A stretch of DNA of 64,000 nt, taken from positions 310,001 through 374,000 of the IMG/VR virus record IMGVR_UViG_3300032236_001850; one strand, 5' to 3'. The stretch's first letter is position 1, and each line of letters starts with the position of its first letter. The translations under genes and the position numbers were made by a program. Below are positions 41,401 to 51,430 of the stretch, one piece after another. The notes under the pieces were generated by a model. It did not search any database and was not told where the DNA came from. It was given only the letters and a program-made list of their open reading frames with translations.

Positions 41401-44004
41401 AAATTAGAAACTGAATATCAGTATTTGAATGAAAACTACAGCACTAGTCTTTCAAATGTTTCTAGAATTGTGCCCTTTATAAACAAGTGGGTTTATACTG
41501 ACGGTACTGATGCTAGAGGCAATGGGTATAGATTAAATTCAAGTCCTGCCTTTTCGCCAACAAATTTTTCTCCGAGTTTCGATAAGAATAATTCCGATTC
41601 CAGATATCTTACCCATGAATGGTTCTTATTAGAACAGCCTCCTAGAAATTTTCCAATCGAGGCTATGAAAAACCAAAATAGTTATCTGCCTGGAAAAATA
41701 GATTTGGATCTGGCTATAGGTGATGGTAATTATTTAGAATCTTATTTTACTGTTGAACCCTCCGATTATCCTCTGGAATTTAGAGATGATAAATCTTACA
41801 CGAAGGAATTGTTTACTACATTCACGTATAACAAATCTAGTGGCTTTTACGAGACCCTTTTCAGAGGAGCTAAGATTGTGCTTAAAAAAAGATCAAATCT
41901 CTCTAATAGTGTCTCAGATTCGTTAGACAGATATATTCCAAAATATAGAAACTATGAGGATTATAAATTTGCTGCTATATTAAGACCAATAGTAGAAAAT
42001 GATGATGTAATACAAGATCCTGTTAGTTATAGAATAATTGAAAATCAAAACCAAAAATTTATACTGTTTGTTTGTGATGTTGTGATGAGGGATTACAAAT
42101 CCCAGGGAGTTGGTTACACTGGAGGAACTGGGGGTGATCCAATATTGGATTATACTCTTCTTTATTCAGTTAACAATAAGGAAAAACTAACATATCCTAT
42201 GGTTCCTGGTTCTAGACTTTATGAGATATCGGACATTAAATTAAGTTCAGCTCTGGATCTTTCTGTTGGATCAGGATCTGTTGTAAATACAACAACGGGT
42301 GGTAAAGTTAATATAATATCTAGTTCAACTTACGATACCGATCTAAGGGAAGAAATTCACACATTCTTCAGTGAAAATTCAGCTAATGCAACTTCTGGTC
42401 CATCTGCAACTGGACCTGGTAGTTTTTATGTGACCCAATTTACACCTTTGGTAACATATCCTTGGCCAATAGGTGTTGGTCCAAATTATTTAGATTTTGC
42501 AAAAATAGTTCCACCAGGAACACCGAATGGTTCAGGAACATCTCCTGAATATACATTCTCTATAAACTTTTCATCTTCCAATCCGGTCATAGTTCCTGTT
42601 GGACCTCAGTCAATTTATAGAAATAAACCGGTTTTCCAAAAATCAGGAGGTCTGGGTTATTATAGTTCTATACTTCAGAGAATATCACTTTCTGGTATTG
42701 CCTCTAGAGTAAATACCAATTCTTCGTATATTAAATATGAAACTTATAAGGATACTGGTGTAGTTTATAATGATTTTGAATTTCATATGGATAAGCCTTC
42801 TAGGATAATAAAATCTAAGGGATCAAAATCAAGTAAATATTACGGAGGTCCACAAACTCTTGGTGAATCGGTAGCAACAGCATACACAATAAATGCAAAT
42901 CTTGATTTGCCGTCAACACTTTTAAGATACTCTGGTGGATATGAGCCTATCTTTAGAAAGATAATACATTTTGATAGAGATAAAAGTGATACAATAGCCC
43001 AAGTTTCTTATGATCCTTGGATATTCGATCTTTCTTTTAGAAATTGTAATTTTGCTCCATATAAAAGATATTTTGGACTATCTAGGAATCTATCTTTTAC
43101 CAAGGTTTCAAACGATAAGAACATATTATCATTGAGTCAAAATTTACCGGAAGGTCCAGTATATCCTCTTGTTGGTCAATCACCTATATGGAAAAAGAAT
43201 TTCAATGTTTTCTCATCCTCTTGGGATCCAGGATATTATGATAGATTTAGCGGACCTTTGACTTACGATAGAGTTGCAGGTACAAGATCTATGCAGGAGT
43301 ATAAAGGTTTCTTGGGTTCAAAGATAATGAAAACTCCTAACACTTTGGAGTTTGATAATTATATAACCCTGGAGATAGTTAGAAATGGAATATCCTATGC
43401 TATCTCTGATGTGGCCCTTATAAATTCCCAGATAGATTCATTTTTAAAATCCATACAAAATATTACTGTTGCTAATTCTGGAACAGGAATAGGTAGACCT
43501 GACCCATATGCTTCGGGTGTTGATTATGATAAACTAGATCTAAATCTTTTTCCTAATGCCGAACTTGTTTGGCAATATTTTCCTGATATAAATAAGGTAA
43601 AAGGTATTATAAGAATGGATAGAATGCTTAGCAGATATCTTCTAAATGATGGCATAAAACAGGTTTTTATAGATAACATTATATCCGAATTTGGTGTAGG
43701 TAATCCGGATTCCATAGATGATGATGTTGCAGAATATGTAAAAAATAACATTATTCCGTTATTCATGGGTGAAAATATGACACTTTTTGCTAAAAAAGAA
43801 TCATCTCCTAATGCACAGGAAACAAACAATACAAAATTAGTTAGAGGTGATATAGCAACAGCATATAAATACCAGGAAGGTTTCTATCCGGAATCTAATT
43901 TTAAATTAACAAAATTGACCAACTTAATATATACATTCGAATATAATCTAGATAACAATTATTTATATTCCTTATTGTTTAATTTAGAAATAACCAAGAT
44001 ATAA
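38455..44004 (+). CDS. very large putative virion/baseplate protein
   Basis: 1849-aa uninterrupted ORF; context only. Confidence 0.55.
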   Translation: MSGSKLFDYNSSFAVIRTNPKITGNLRVTIDSSGKVSFNSMNANQTLSNDRFKNFNITGENTFALDVFNFFDKGKLANNIIFDTARFTRGDREVSKIFSDQYDFFYASGASALADKNYTETFSYFAPIWLKNEIPDYFVIFKVPGPLSYIYSKNETDIKSGLKYKIIKHYNSDSDFVISYGKTPSGEPIYINSGSIFTGSSEYPTYEIVSGSGIVCIFDELYNIDLVDDVTTTFKEKILPNCLAIKTFDLTKTSKIGKYIRSIVSDKNFTDSPIDVNWGPNSYTYYNGVSVSQGLYTRKGEILSGYFSSDSSDTMIDFESYVTNGFSRNGVIPPNILNLEFLFDDDEADNYSINRYFGMYVSRNDLNVLRSNGEFYYKFKDLDGNENLPKPTRDAFGYYYNTESYGITADSGVRLFYEKDISDGSSPGVLPGSDNVNILDSNKLYYITDKNGNFYSLKRDEDYVNFGGNSPKYAYGPYDELTGTFGTTGSNFISTMGSFVIQNKKTDLLNFTGITEKISTIPATHATTPGRAYAEIKFLKSYDKIKPVTFRLYWPNGKNKEGNKRFDVVSSADLSAVLVWIDGSYYSTGSSFYFNAATGKTSDVASAFSGVINDVDSVTWDAGVNLDSSVIRLRDYGEYGNNSYSIAVFDDYDDFLLRFKGDWSNSKTYYQNEIVLYNNIFYYASTTIYPSYQGPGTYTSFWITYNGFNNDGYIEINGTDASIYNGPVNFVGGTRKSDSRLIFPSTYLDFIKPGDFINTKAGYTKVNSITRYIDTPQRDPISDKIIGFENFTYNYVLNIDDNIEIDLGYDKSFNVYKSAKINLGVFTFFDVKEFDFDFWSSDYGYTPTPETYKYFQIPTGVTGIIKPNVPYLVKQGQVEYAGIVYPQSGSGSVQTSNLFYGATGYTSIKNARPDLFKELIVIPAEYSDIYYDSSTDIIYGATGSPIGYNKDLDTFNGFIGIQDISPSSVGIDPSKIQIFNRGKLETEYQYLNENYSTSLSNVSRIVPFINKWVYTDGTDARGNGYRLNSSPAFSPTNFSPSFDKNNSDSRYLTHEWFLLEQPPRNFPIEAMKNQNSYLPGKIDLDLAIGDGNYLESYFTVEPSDYPLEFRDDKSYTKELFTTFTYNKSSGFYETLFRGAKIVLKKRSNLSNSVSDSLDRYIPKYRNYEDYKFAAILRPIVENDDVIQDPVSYRIIENQNQKFILFVCDVVMRDYKSQGVGYTGGTGGDPILDYTLLYSVNNKEKLTYPMVPGSRLYEISDIKLSSALDLSVGSGSVVNTTTGGKVNIISSSTYDTDLREEIHTFFSENSANATSGPSATGPGSFYVTQFTPLVTYPWPIGVGPNYLDFAKIVPPGTPNGSGTSPEYTFSINFSSSNPVIVPVGPQSIYRNKPVFQKSGGLGYYSSILQRISLSGIASRVNTNSSYIKYETYKDTGVVYNDFEFHMDKPSRIIKSKGSKSSKYYGGPQTLGESVATAYTINANLDLPSTLLRYSGGYEPIFRKIIHFDRDKSDTIAQVSYDPWIFDLSFRNCNFAPYKRYFGLSRNLSFTKVSNDKNILSLSQNLPEGPVYPLVGQSPIWKKNFNVFSSSWDPGYYDRFSGPLTYDRVAGTRSMQEYKGFLGSKIMKTPNTLEFDNYITLEIVRNGISYAISDVALINSQIDSFLKSIQNITVANSGTGIGRPDPYASGVDYDKLDLNLFPNAELVWQYFPDINKVKGIIRMDRMLSRYLLNDGIKQVFIDNIISEFGVGNPDSIDDDVAEYVKNNIIPLFMGENMTLFAKKESSPNAQETNNTKLVRGDIATAYKYQEGFYPESNFKLTKLTNLIYTFEYNLDNNYLYSLLFNLEITKI

Positions 44005-44006
44005 TT

Positions 44007-45548
44007 ATGCCGGTAACCAATATAAAATTTATAAATTATAGTGACGGTCAAAATCTAGCAATAGATAAAATAAACCACAATTTTGACGAAATTGTAGAAG
44101 CCCATGGTGGATCTGTTGGAGAAACTGGACCTAGTGGGGATAGAGGACCAATTGGAAGTAATGGTTTAATTGGACCGACTGGAAATGATGGTCCAAGGGG
44201 AACCAAATGGTTTGTGCAGGGAATTATGCCATCAACAACACCCGGAAATTCTGTGGTTTATGGAGATTATTGGGTTAATAATGGGGATAGTTTAATTTAT
44301 CAATTTGGTCCTACTGGATGGAATAGCACAGGATATAGTTTGTCGTCTTCCGGTAATATATTTAATGATGTTACCTCATATTTTACTAATGGAGGAACAG
44401 GAATTTCTGTTAAATTTGATCAGGTTTCACCCGAAAATTATACTTTTATAATTTCGGATAAATCTGCTCAGTCTGGAATAATTAACGAGAAGCTAGCAAA
44501 ATTCCTTATTTCCACAGATACCTCCGGAGATCCTTCGGCTCTTCTTGAATTCATGAAAAGTGATTTGATTTTAAGCAACGCTGGAGATTATGCATTACAT
44601 CCAACTTTCTCGTGGGCTACCAGTTTACCAACTGATAACTCGTTGAAGTTTGATGTTCCTGGTGGATCGTTATTAATAGGAGCATCCGGTGGATTTTCCT
44701 CGAATTCACAAAAAATTGATGTCTCTGCAGGTTCTGCTATAGATATAAATTACGGAGCAACTTCTGGATCTGGTATATCTGCAACTGGTGGAATCAATAT
44801 CATTTCATCAAATCCAACAAACGGTGTTTTTAATATACTAAGTGATAATTTAAGTATAACTGGTGGACATGCATCCTTTAAAAGTAGTGTAGAGTTAAAC
44901 GGAAGTCCAAGTGGTAATTCTCCATCAGTTGAACTCATCATTGGTGGGACATCAGGTTTAAGAACAAGAAGAACAGCAGATAATTTTAACACCATATCAA
45001 ACAGTGTATATAATGTTTCTCTTGAAACACAAGCTGATAAGGAATTCTACATAAACACAAAGGGTAAAATAAGAACTAAAAAACTTAAAACAGGTGTGAC
45101 TTATCAAAGTTATCAGAATTCAGCATTTAGTTCCGGTGGAACAAATTGGTATTTTATATCAAGACCTGGTGGTCCAGTTCAATCTACTGTTATTAAAAAT
45201 GGAAATACTGTTATAGTAACAATAAATGAACCTAACCCAATAGCAAATTTTGGTATTGGTTTGTATAGTGATCCGCTTTATTCTTTATGGGGTCCTGGAT
45301 CAATAGACAATGGACAAGCCATTGATATAAGTGTTTACTGTAGTCCAGATTTAAACCAAGGATCCAATACTCTTTTTAAATATATTGGTGTTGGTACAAC
45401 TGGTGGTGTGGTTCCCAAAGTAACTTTACCTACTCCAGCATCAGCTGTTGATTTTACTATTGTCAAGGGTGTAACTGGTAGTACCACAACAGTTTATTAT
45501 AAAGCTTATACTAGTGCTGGAGGATCTGGAGGATCTTTTACAGTTTGA
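44007..45548 (+). CDS. collagen-like tail fibre protein, paralogue 1
   Basis: KINHNFD, then 10 Gly-X-Y triplets (44109-44198), GTKW...GDYW. Confidence 0.7.
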   Translation: MPVTNIKFINYSDGQNLAIDKINHNFDEIVEAHGGSVGETGPSGDRGPIGSNGLIGPTGNDGPRGTKWFVQGIMPSTTPGNSVVYGDYWVNNGDSLIYQFGPTGWNSTGYSLSSSGNIFNDVTSYFTNGGTGISVKFDQVSPENYTFIISDKSAQSGIINEKLAKFLISTDTSGDPSALLEFMKSDLILSNAGDYALHPTFSWATSLPTDNSLKFDVPGGSLLIGASGGFSSNSQKIDVSAGSAIDINYGATSGSGISATGGINIISSNPTNGVFNILSDNLSITGGHASFKSSVELNGSPSGNSPSVELIIGGTSGLRTRRTADNFNTISNSVYNVSLETQADKEFYINTKGKIRTKKLKTGVTYQSYQNSAFSSGGTNWYFISRPGGPVQSTVIKNGNTVIVTINEPNPIANFGIGLYSDPLYSLWGPGSIDNGQAIDISVYCSPDLNQGSNTLFKYIGVGTTGGVVPKVTLPTPASAVDFTIVKGVTGSTTTVYYKAYTSAGGSGGSFTV

Positions 45549-45554
45549 TATATA
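45547..45554 (+). promoter_or_regulatory. GATATATA motif, putative late promoter
   Basis: Overlaps the TGA stop; 24 nt before ATG 45579. Confidence 0.5.
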
Positions 45555-45578
45555 GTCTAAGATAATTAAACTGTATAG

Positions 45579-47270
45579 ATGGCCCTTATAAAATTACTGA
45601 GAATAGAAGACGGAGATTCCCAAAAAAATCTAACTGACAAGTTAAATTATAACTTTAATAGATTAGTTACTTTTGGTGGTGGACCTTATGGGAGGATGGG
45701 TAAAAAAGGTCCCATTGGTCCAAAGGGACCAACCGGTCCTATTGGATCGCATGGAGATTCTGGTATAAGAGGAACAATCTGGACTGTTGGTGTTTGCCAG
45801 CCTTCCATTGCATCATCCATTGATGGTGATTATTGGCTTAATACTTATTCAGGTAATTTAGTTTATCAATTTTCTCAGAGCTCTGGCTGGAACTACTATG
45901 GATTCAATATAAAATCAACCGATTTATTTGATGTTTTTGGCCCACTTTCAACCTTAAGTGGTGTTAGTGCATATAGAGGATACTTTATAGCTTCACAAAC
46001 CCCTCTAAATTATACAGTTGTTATAAGTGATGCTGATCTTTCAAGCGGTGCAGGAGCAACTGCAGCAAATCTTTTTATTAATCCTCAGTATTCAAAATTT
46101 GTAATTGCGACTGATAGTAATAACACTTCGAAAAATTTATTGGAATTCAGTAAGGGTGACTACGCTGATGATGTGAGCTTCACTTCAAAAACACCAAAGA
46201 TTCTTTGGAATCCTGGTGCAACAGCTGACAGAGGTCCATATGGATTGTTATGGAATAATGACTATCTTAATATAAATGTCAGAAATTCCAGTTCTTCCAA
46301 TGGTTATTTTAATATAAAATCAAATACCGGTAATTTCTTAGTAAATTCTACCGGATTTAATTATTTTTCCAATGATCCCAACCAAATATCCAATCTTATC
46401 TCCTATGGAAATATAATTTTTGATTTAGGGTCGGGTAAAGTTCTTTTCTCTACTAAAAATATATCTTGGAACGTTGATAAATTTTATATAAATTCCTCGC
46501 TTGGTATATCAACTGGAGCATTAGAATCAGAATATGCTTTAGATCTTGTGTCCAGTGATTCTGGGTCTGGAAATCTTAGATATATTTACAATTCAAATGG
46601 TGTTAGAGATGCGGTGCTTATGAATTTCTATCAAAGTAGCCCATCATATTATCAATTATTTACTGTTACTGGTGATGGTGTAACATATGCTGATAAAACA
46701 GTAAGATCTGTACAAACACCGCAACAATTAACTCAAAGTGGAAGTAGTTCAACTTCCATAGGAACGGTTAATTGGGTTTCATTGGTTCCTTCGATAACAA
46801 ATACTGGATATATTAATGGCTGTTTTTATGTTAATAATGGTGCAGACCATATAATAGGAAAATCACCATCAGCATCGGCTGGTAATAGAGGGATATCAAT
46901 ATTTACACCAGCAACGGGTGGATATCTAAATAGCGAAAATGGTGGATGGCTAAATATCCTTGATAATTATGAAGCAATAAGCTTTACTGTAAGAAGCGAT
47001 AATCCAGGAGCAACTGGTAGTTGTTTTAAATACATAGGTCTAAATACAGATTATAATGAACAAACCTCACCTTCAACCCTACCTTCGCAATCGGATGTTA
47101 TTCTTGCTGGGTATGCAGCAAACATCGATATAACGATAATAAACATGACTGGATCTGGAGCAACGTTAAGTTCTAATAGATGGTTTAGAGTTTATTATTC
47201 TGCTTGGGGTGGAACTTTAAACACACCACAATGTGGTGTTATATCAACATATAATTCAATAGCAAATTAA
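45579..47270 (+). CDS. collagen-like tail fibre protein, paralogue 2
   Basis: KLNYNFN, then 10 Gly-X-Y triplets (45681-45770), GTIW...GDYW. Confidence 0.7.
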   Translation: MALIKLLRIEDGDSQKNLTDKLNYNFNRLVTFGGGPYGRMGKKGPIGPKGPTGPIGSHGDSGIRGTIWTVGVCQPSIASSIDGDYWLNTYSGNLVYQFSQSSGWNYYGFNIKSTDLFDVFGPLSTLSGVSAYRGYFIASQTPLNYTVVISDADLSSGAGATAANLFINPQYSKFVIATDSNNTSKNLLEFSKGDYADDVSFTSKTPKILWNPGATADRGPYGLLWNNDYLNINVRNSSSSNGYFNIKSNTGNFLVNSTGFNYFSNDPNQISNLISYGNIIFDLGSGKVLFSTKNISWNVDKFYINSSLGISTGALESEYALDLVSSDSGSGNLRYIYNSNGVRDAVLMNFYQSSPSYYQLFTVTGDGVTYADKTVRSVQTPQQLTQSGSSSTSIGTVNWVSLVPSITNTGYINGCFYVNNGADHIIGKSPSASAGNRGISIFTPATGGYLNSENGGWLNILDNYEAISFTVRSDNPGATGSCFKYIGLNTDYNEQTSPSTLPSQSDVILAGYAANIDITIINMTGSGATLSSNRWFRVYYSAWGGTLNTPQCGVISTYNSIAN

Positions 47271-47278
47271 TAAGGAAG

Positions 47279-50200
47279 ATGCATTTTAATACTAAATACA
47301 TATTTAAGGGTGATACCGAAAAAGAAATAATTGGAAAAATCAATTATAATTTTGATCAAATACTTTCATTTGCAATAGGTCCCGATGGTCATCCTGGTCC
47401 AAGAGGAGCAACAGGTATCTTTGGACCTGCTGGTAAAAGAGGTCCGAGTGGGAGCCCTGGAATTAGAGCATCGAAATGGTATAAGCAACCGACGGAACCT
47501 TCCGATGCACCAAATACTAATGATGTTTGGATAGACAATTCGGTTTCTGATGGAAATATAAAGATATTTAATTATCCTATAACAAATTACCAATGGCAGA
47601 ACAGCGGATATTCTTTTTTGAATTCCAAATATTTCCAATCCTATTCATATATCCAAGGACCTGGTGGTGCTACTGATAAATATGTGATAGGTTTTAAATA
47701 TCCTGGCGGTATAACAGGTTCAGCTAATACCTCTCTTTTAATAAGTGATTTCAATCTTAATTCTGTAAAATCAAATCCTAATAATTCCAAGGTTGTCGTA
47801 TCCACACAAGATCAAATTGATAGGCCCATTATGACTTTTTCTAAAAATGGTGCTATCTCCGATGATGTTCCATCATTCTATTGGAACTCGACAGGTAATA
47901 ATGCTGGATTGAAGTTTGATATTGGCGGTGCTTTTAGTGTAACAACAAATAATGATTTTTCTATAGACAGCGGACTTGCTAGAACCCTTATTACATCCAA
48001 TCTTTCAACATTTAGAAACAATCAGGGTGCATTCAATGTTCACGGTGATGGTGATTTTTTATTTGCTAGTAACATTGGTTTAGGTGTTGGCGGATTTTTA
48101 AGTATAACTACAAAAAATTTACAGGTTGATAATTCTTCTGTAAATCATTATGGCGGTGTAACTATAACATCACCTCTGACATCGACCTATATACTTAATT
48201 CGAAACCGAGTTCCCCGTCATATCTGAATGGAATATCTGCTAATATAAAAACGTCTGCTGTTATAAGAACCTTTGAATTTGAAGATTATACTGGGAATGC
48301 CATTATGTACGGTAAACCATCTGGATCTGTTTCTAGTGGAAATCTTGCACAGACCGTGTTTGGCACTAGCGGTGGTTTTACTGGTGGAACTGGAGGACCT
48401 TTTTCTTACCATGTTAGAAAGGTGAAAGAGGTTAGACAATCAACAACTGGATTAAGTGCTAGACAATATCTAACAACCACAACAAACAATCTAACCGATG
48501 TATTGGATATGTCAACTAATACTATATGGGAAAATGACATAATTCTTGCAACACCTACCGCATACAGTAGCGTTTCTAGTTCAAATTTAGGAAGTTTTAA
48601 AGTTGGTGACATAGATTCAAGCTTTAATTATTCATCGGGCTTAGACATTTTTGGGTCAGGATTTAAAAATTCTTTAACTGGAACCGGTGTTTATGATGCT
48701 GTTGTTAATGATGTTTTTAGATTAACAGATGGAAGCGGAAGCACAATATTTGCTGGAAATTTTAAATATTATAATGATCAGCCAGTGAAAACGGGATCTT
48801 TAACTAATGTATTAGGTCTGGTTAAAGTCAATTCTGATGGTACGATGGATACAACATTCAGAGCCAACATTTCTGCAATTTCTTTAGTTTCTGTTACCTC
48901 CATTAATGGTGCTGTAGTTGATGAGTCTGGTGGTCCTTACGGAAGTGGTCTTATTTATATTTATGGTTGCTTTACTCATACTACAAACAAAAATGGGATA
49001 TTGTGTTTAAATTTGGACGGAACACTATATAGTACGTTCAATTCAAATATGGGTATTGGAATAAATTCTGGTTCCTCTATATTCAAAGCTGGTATCGATC
49101 CAACAGGTACTAATTTATTTGCTGTTGGTGATTTTACTTATTATAAAACAACAACAACTTTTAGAAATAAGTTAATGAAGATAAAAATAAATGGAGCATC
49201 GGATGGATTACTTAATACATCATTTTTAAGTGGATCGACTTCGGTGGGACCTGGATTCGTTGGTTCAAGCAATATTCCCTACTGTTTTGATTTTTTGCCA
49301 AGTGGTAATATAATTGTTGGAGGATCCTTTAATTCCTTCAATTCATCAACGAGCGGTTCACCATTTACTATTAATTCTGTCATTGAATTGAATAGCAGCA
49401 ACGGTTTAAGAGTAACCACTGGAGGATTTGCTAATATAATTTATTCTACATTTATAGCATCTGATCCTATTGTTTCATCTATTAAATATAATAGTTATAA
49501 TTCCTATATCTATATAGGTGGAAGTTTTTCCAAAATAAATGGGACAGATTACGGAAGAATAGCAAGATTTACCATAACCGGAACAACTTTTACCCTCGAT
49601 TCAACTTTATCCTCAACTACAGGATTTAATGATATTGTTTATGATTTTGCTTTTGATGGTAGTAAAGTTTACGTTGGCGGAAGATTTACTTCTTATAGAG
49701 GAACATTATGTCCCGCTTTTGTTAAAATAAATAATAATGGATCAATAGATCCTACCGCTTCGATATATCACAACATTGTTAGTCCTAAATCAATTCAGCC
49801 AACATTTGAATGGACTGTTGGATTGGTTAAAAAAATGTACCTTAGTATAGTTGATAATGAATTCATGTATGTTGGTGGTTTTTTAAATAGTGTATTTTCA
49901 GCATCAGCTTCGAATAACGGAATTTATATCAAGGTACCATCATCCATAACACAAGATTATTTACCTGTTTATACCGATGGTACTACTACTAATTATAGAG
50001 TATTTCTTAATGATCCAGGCAATGATGCAAAGTTACACTATATAAAGGGATTGGTATTTGATGCTGGTTTACCGAATGCTGTGACGTCATATGTTGATTT
50101 TTCACAGGGTGCTACTGGTTGTCAATATGTGGATCTCATGTGGGTTTCTAAAACAAGTACAGCAAATATTGCTAATCCTAGACTTTTTTATAAAAACTGC

Positions 50201-51133
50201 GAGGGTTTTAGCGGTTATGTTGACTTTGGTTCTAATGGTGTTTATTCTACCGCACCTGCATCATCAAATGGTGGACAGAATGTAAGTGTTACCTGGGAAT
50301 TTAGTAGACAACAAACTGGATCGTGTAACATTTATAAAAATGGAACATCAATTTCAAATCTTCTTATAAATAAAACAACTTCAGGAAATGGTTCTTTACC
50401 ATACTCCATAGGAGATAAAATATATTCTAACGTTTCCGCTGGTGGTGCTAGCTCCGGTTATATCGGTGCCTATGCATCATTAAGAATAACGAAAACTTCA
50501 TTAAGTACTGGTATAACAACAACTGAATTCACACAAAGCATTACTGCAGATGTTGGTACTGTTAATAATTTCTCCAATCCTGTTACGTTAGTTGCTGGAT
50601 ATTCTTATTATATAGAATGTGTTGCACAATCTACACCAACAGGTGGAGGTTGTTGTTTTGTTGGTGATACTCTTGTAACCATGTATAATGGAAGTTTAAA
50701 AAATATTTCTAGTGTAATAGCTGGTGATCTTATATTAACATATAATGTTGAAACGGATCAATATGGAAAAGGTACTGTAACGTCAATAGAGTCACCTATA
50801 AAGGACGATATTATAGAATTCATACTATCCAATGGAAATTCAATAAAAGCCACAACTGAGCATCCATTTTGGGTTATAGGAAAGGGTTGGAGCTCTTATA
50901 GTCCTGACAGAACGATGTTTGATCATCAAATGGAAGTTTCTAAATTGTCCATTGGTGATGTACTATTGGACGAAAGTGGAAATGAAATTGAATTATTATT
51001 TATGAATAATGATGCTCAAGATCTTCAAAGAGTTTATAATATTCTTATGGAAGATGGAGATCACACTTATTATGCAAATGGGATATTGGTTCATAACAAG
51101 CTTCAGTATAACGATGGAAATGGTTTAGTATAG
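47279..51133 (+). CDS. collagen-like tail fibre protein, paralogue 3, with delta-60-like beta-propeller repeats and a C-terminal Hint domain
   Basis: KINYNFD, then 10 Gly-X-Y triplets (47378-47467); repeats such as VKVNSDGTMDTTF, IIVGGSFNSFN, VYVGGRFTSY; Hint blocks at the C-terminus. Confidence 0.75.
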   Translation: MHFNTKYIFKGDTEKEIIGKINYNFDQILSFAIGPDGHPGPRGATGIFGPAGKRGPSGSPGIRASKWYKQPTEPSDAPNTNDVWIDNSVSDGNIKIFNYPITNYQWQNSGYSFLNSKYFQSYSYIQGPGGATDKYVIGFKYPGGITGSANTSLLISDFNLNSVKSNPNNSKVVVSTQDQIDRPIMTFSKNGAISDDVPSFYWNSTGNNAGLKFDIGGAFSVTTNNDFSIDSGLARTLITSNLSTFRNNQGAFNVHGDGDFLFASNIGLGVGGFLSITTKNLQVDNSSVNHYGGVTITSPLTSTYILNSKPSSPSYLNGISANIKTSAVIRTFEFEDYTGNAIMYGKPSGSVSSGNLAQTVFGTSGGFTGGTGGPFSYHVRKVKEVRQSTTGLSARQYLTTTTNNLTDVLDMSTNTIWENDIILATPTAYSSVSSSNLGSFKVGDIDSSFNYSSGLDIFGSGFKNSLTGTGVYDAVVNDVFRLTDGSGSTIFAGNFKYYNDQPVKTGSLTNVLGLVKVNSDGTMDTTFRANISAISLVSVTSINGAVVDESGGPYGSGLIYIYGCFTHTTNKNGILCLNLDGTLYSTFNSNMGIGINSGSSIFKAGIDPTGTNLFAVGDFTYYKTTTTFRNKLMKIKINGASDGLLNTSFLSGSTSVGPGFVGSSNIPYCFDFLPSGNIIVGGSFNSFNSSTSGSPFTINSVIELNSSNGLRVTTGGFANIIYSTFIASDPIVSSIKYNSYNSYIYIGGSFSKINGTDYGRIARFTITGTTFTLDSTLSSTTGFNDIVYDFAFDGSKVYVGGRFTSYRGTLCPAFVKINNNGSIDPTASIYHNIVSPKSIQPTFEWTVGLVKKMYLSIVDNEFMYVGGFLNSVFSASASNNGIYIKVPSSITQDYLPVYTDGTTTNYRVFLNDPGNDAKLHYIKGLVFDAGLPNAVTSYVDFSQGATGCQYVDLMWVSKTSTANIANPRLFYKNCEGFSGYVDFGSNGVYSTAPASSNGGQNVSVTWEFSRQQTGSCNIYKNGTSISNLLINKTTSGNGSLPYSIGDKIYSNVSAGGASSGYIGAYASLRITKTSLSTGITTTEFTQSITADVGTVNNFSNPVTLVAGYSYYIECVAQSTPTGGGCCFVGDTLVTMYNGSLKNISSVIAGDLILTYNVETDQYGKGTVTSIESPIKDDIIEFILSNGNSIKATTEHPFWVIGKGWSSYSPDRTMFDHQMEVSKLSIGDVLLDESGNEIELLFMNNDAQDLQRVYNILMEDGDHTYYANGILVHNKLQYNDGNGLV
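50654..51097 (+). other. Hint (intein-like/BIL) autoprocessing domain, 148 aa, no endonuclease
   Basis: Block A CFVGDTLV, block B ATTEHPFW, blocks F/G RVYNI...HTYYANGILVHN; the +1 residue is Lys. Confidence 0.9.
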
Positions 51134-51161
51134 AAACTAAATATCATCAAATAAAAAATGT

Positions 51162-51169
51162 GATATATA
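51162..51169 (+). promoter_or_regulatory. GATATATA motif, putative late promoter
   Basis: Intergenic, 15 nt before ATG 51185. Confidence 0.55.
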
Positions 51170-51184
51170 ATAAAATTATAAAGT

Positions 51185-51430
51185 ATGAAAGATTTAACAG
51201 ATCAAGAAAAAGAAAGATTGCTTAGATTATCTAAAAAGTTTATTAAGGTCCACCAGGACATTTTTAAAATAGAGGAATCTATTAAAATTATGCAAGAGAG
51301 ATCATGTAAACTGATTGGAGATCTTGAGAAATGTAGAGATGCAGAAAAAGATTTCATAAAGGATCTATCTCAAAAATATGGTAATGGAACTTTAGATCCA
51401 CTTACGCTAACCTGGAAAAAAGAAATATAG
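51185..51430 (+). CDS. small coiled-coil protein
   Basis: 81 aa, heptad pattern, ends KYGNGTLDPLTLTW. Confidence 0.7.
   Translation: MKDLTDQEKERLLRLSKKFIKVHQDIFKIEESIKIMQERSCKLIGDLEKCRDAEKDFIKDLSQKYGNGTLDPLTLTWKKEI

Noticed and set aside
50654-51097. Mobile, splicing intein
   Set aside because: No homing endonuclease, Lys at +1, 11-aa C-extein, and not located in a conserved enzyme motif
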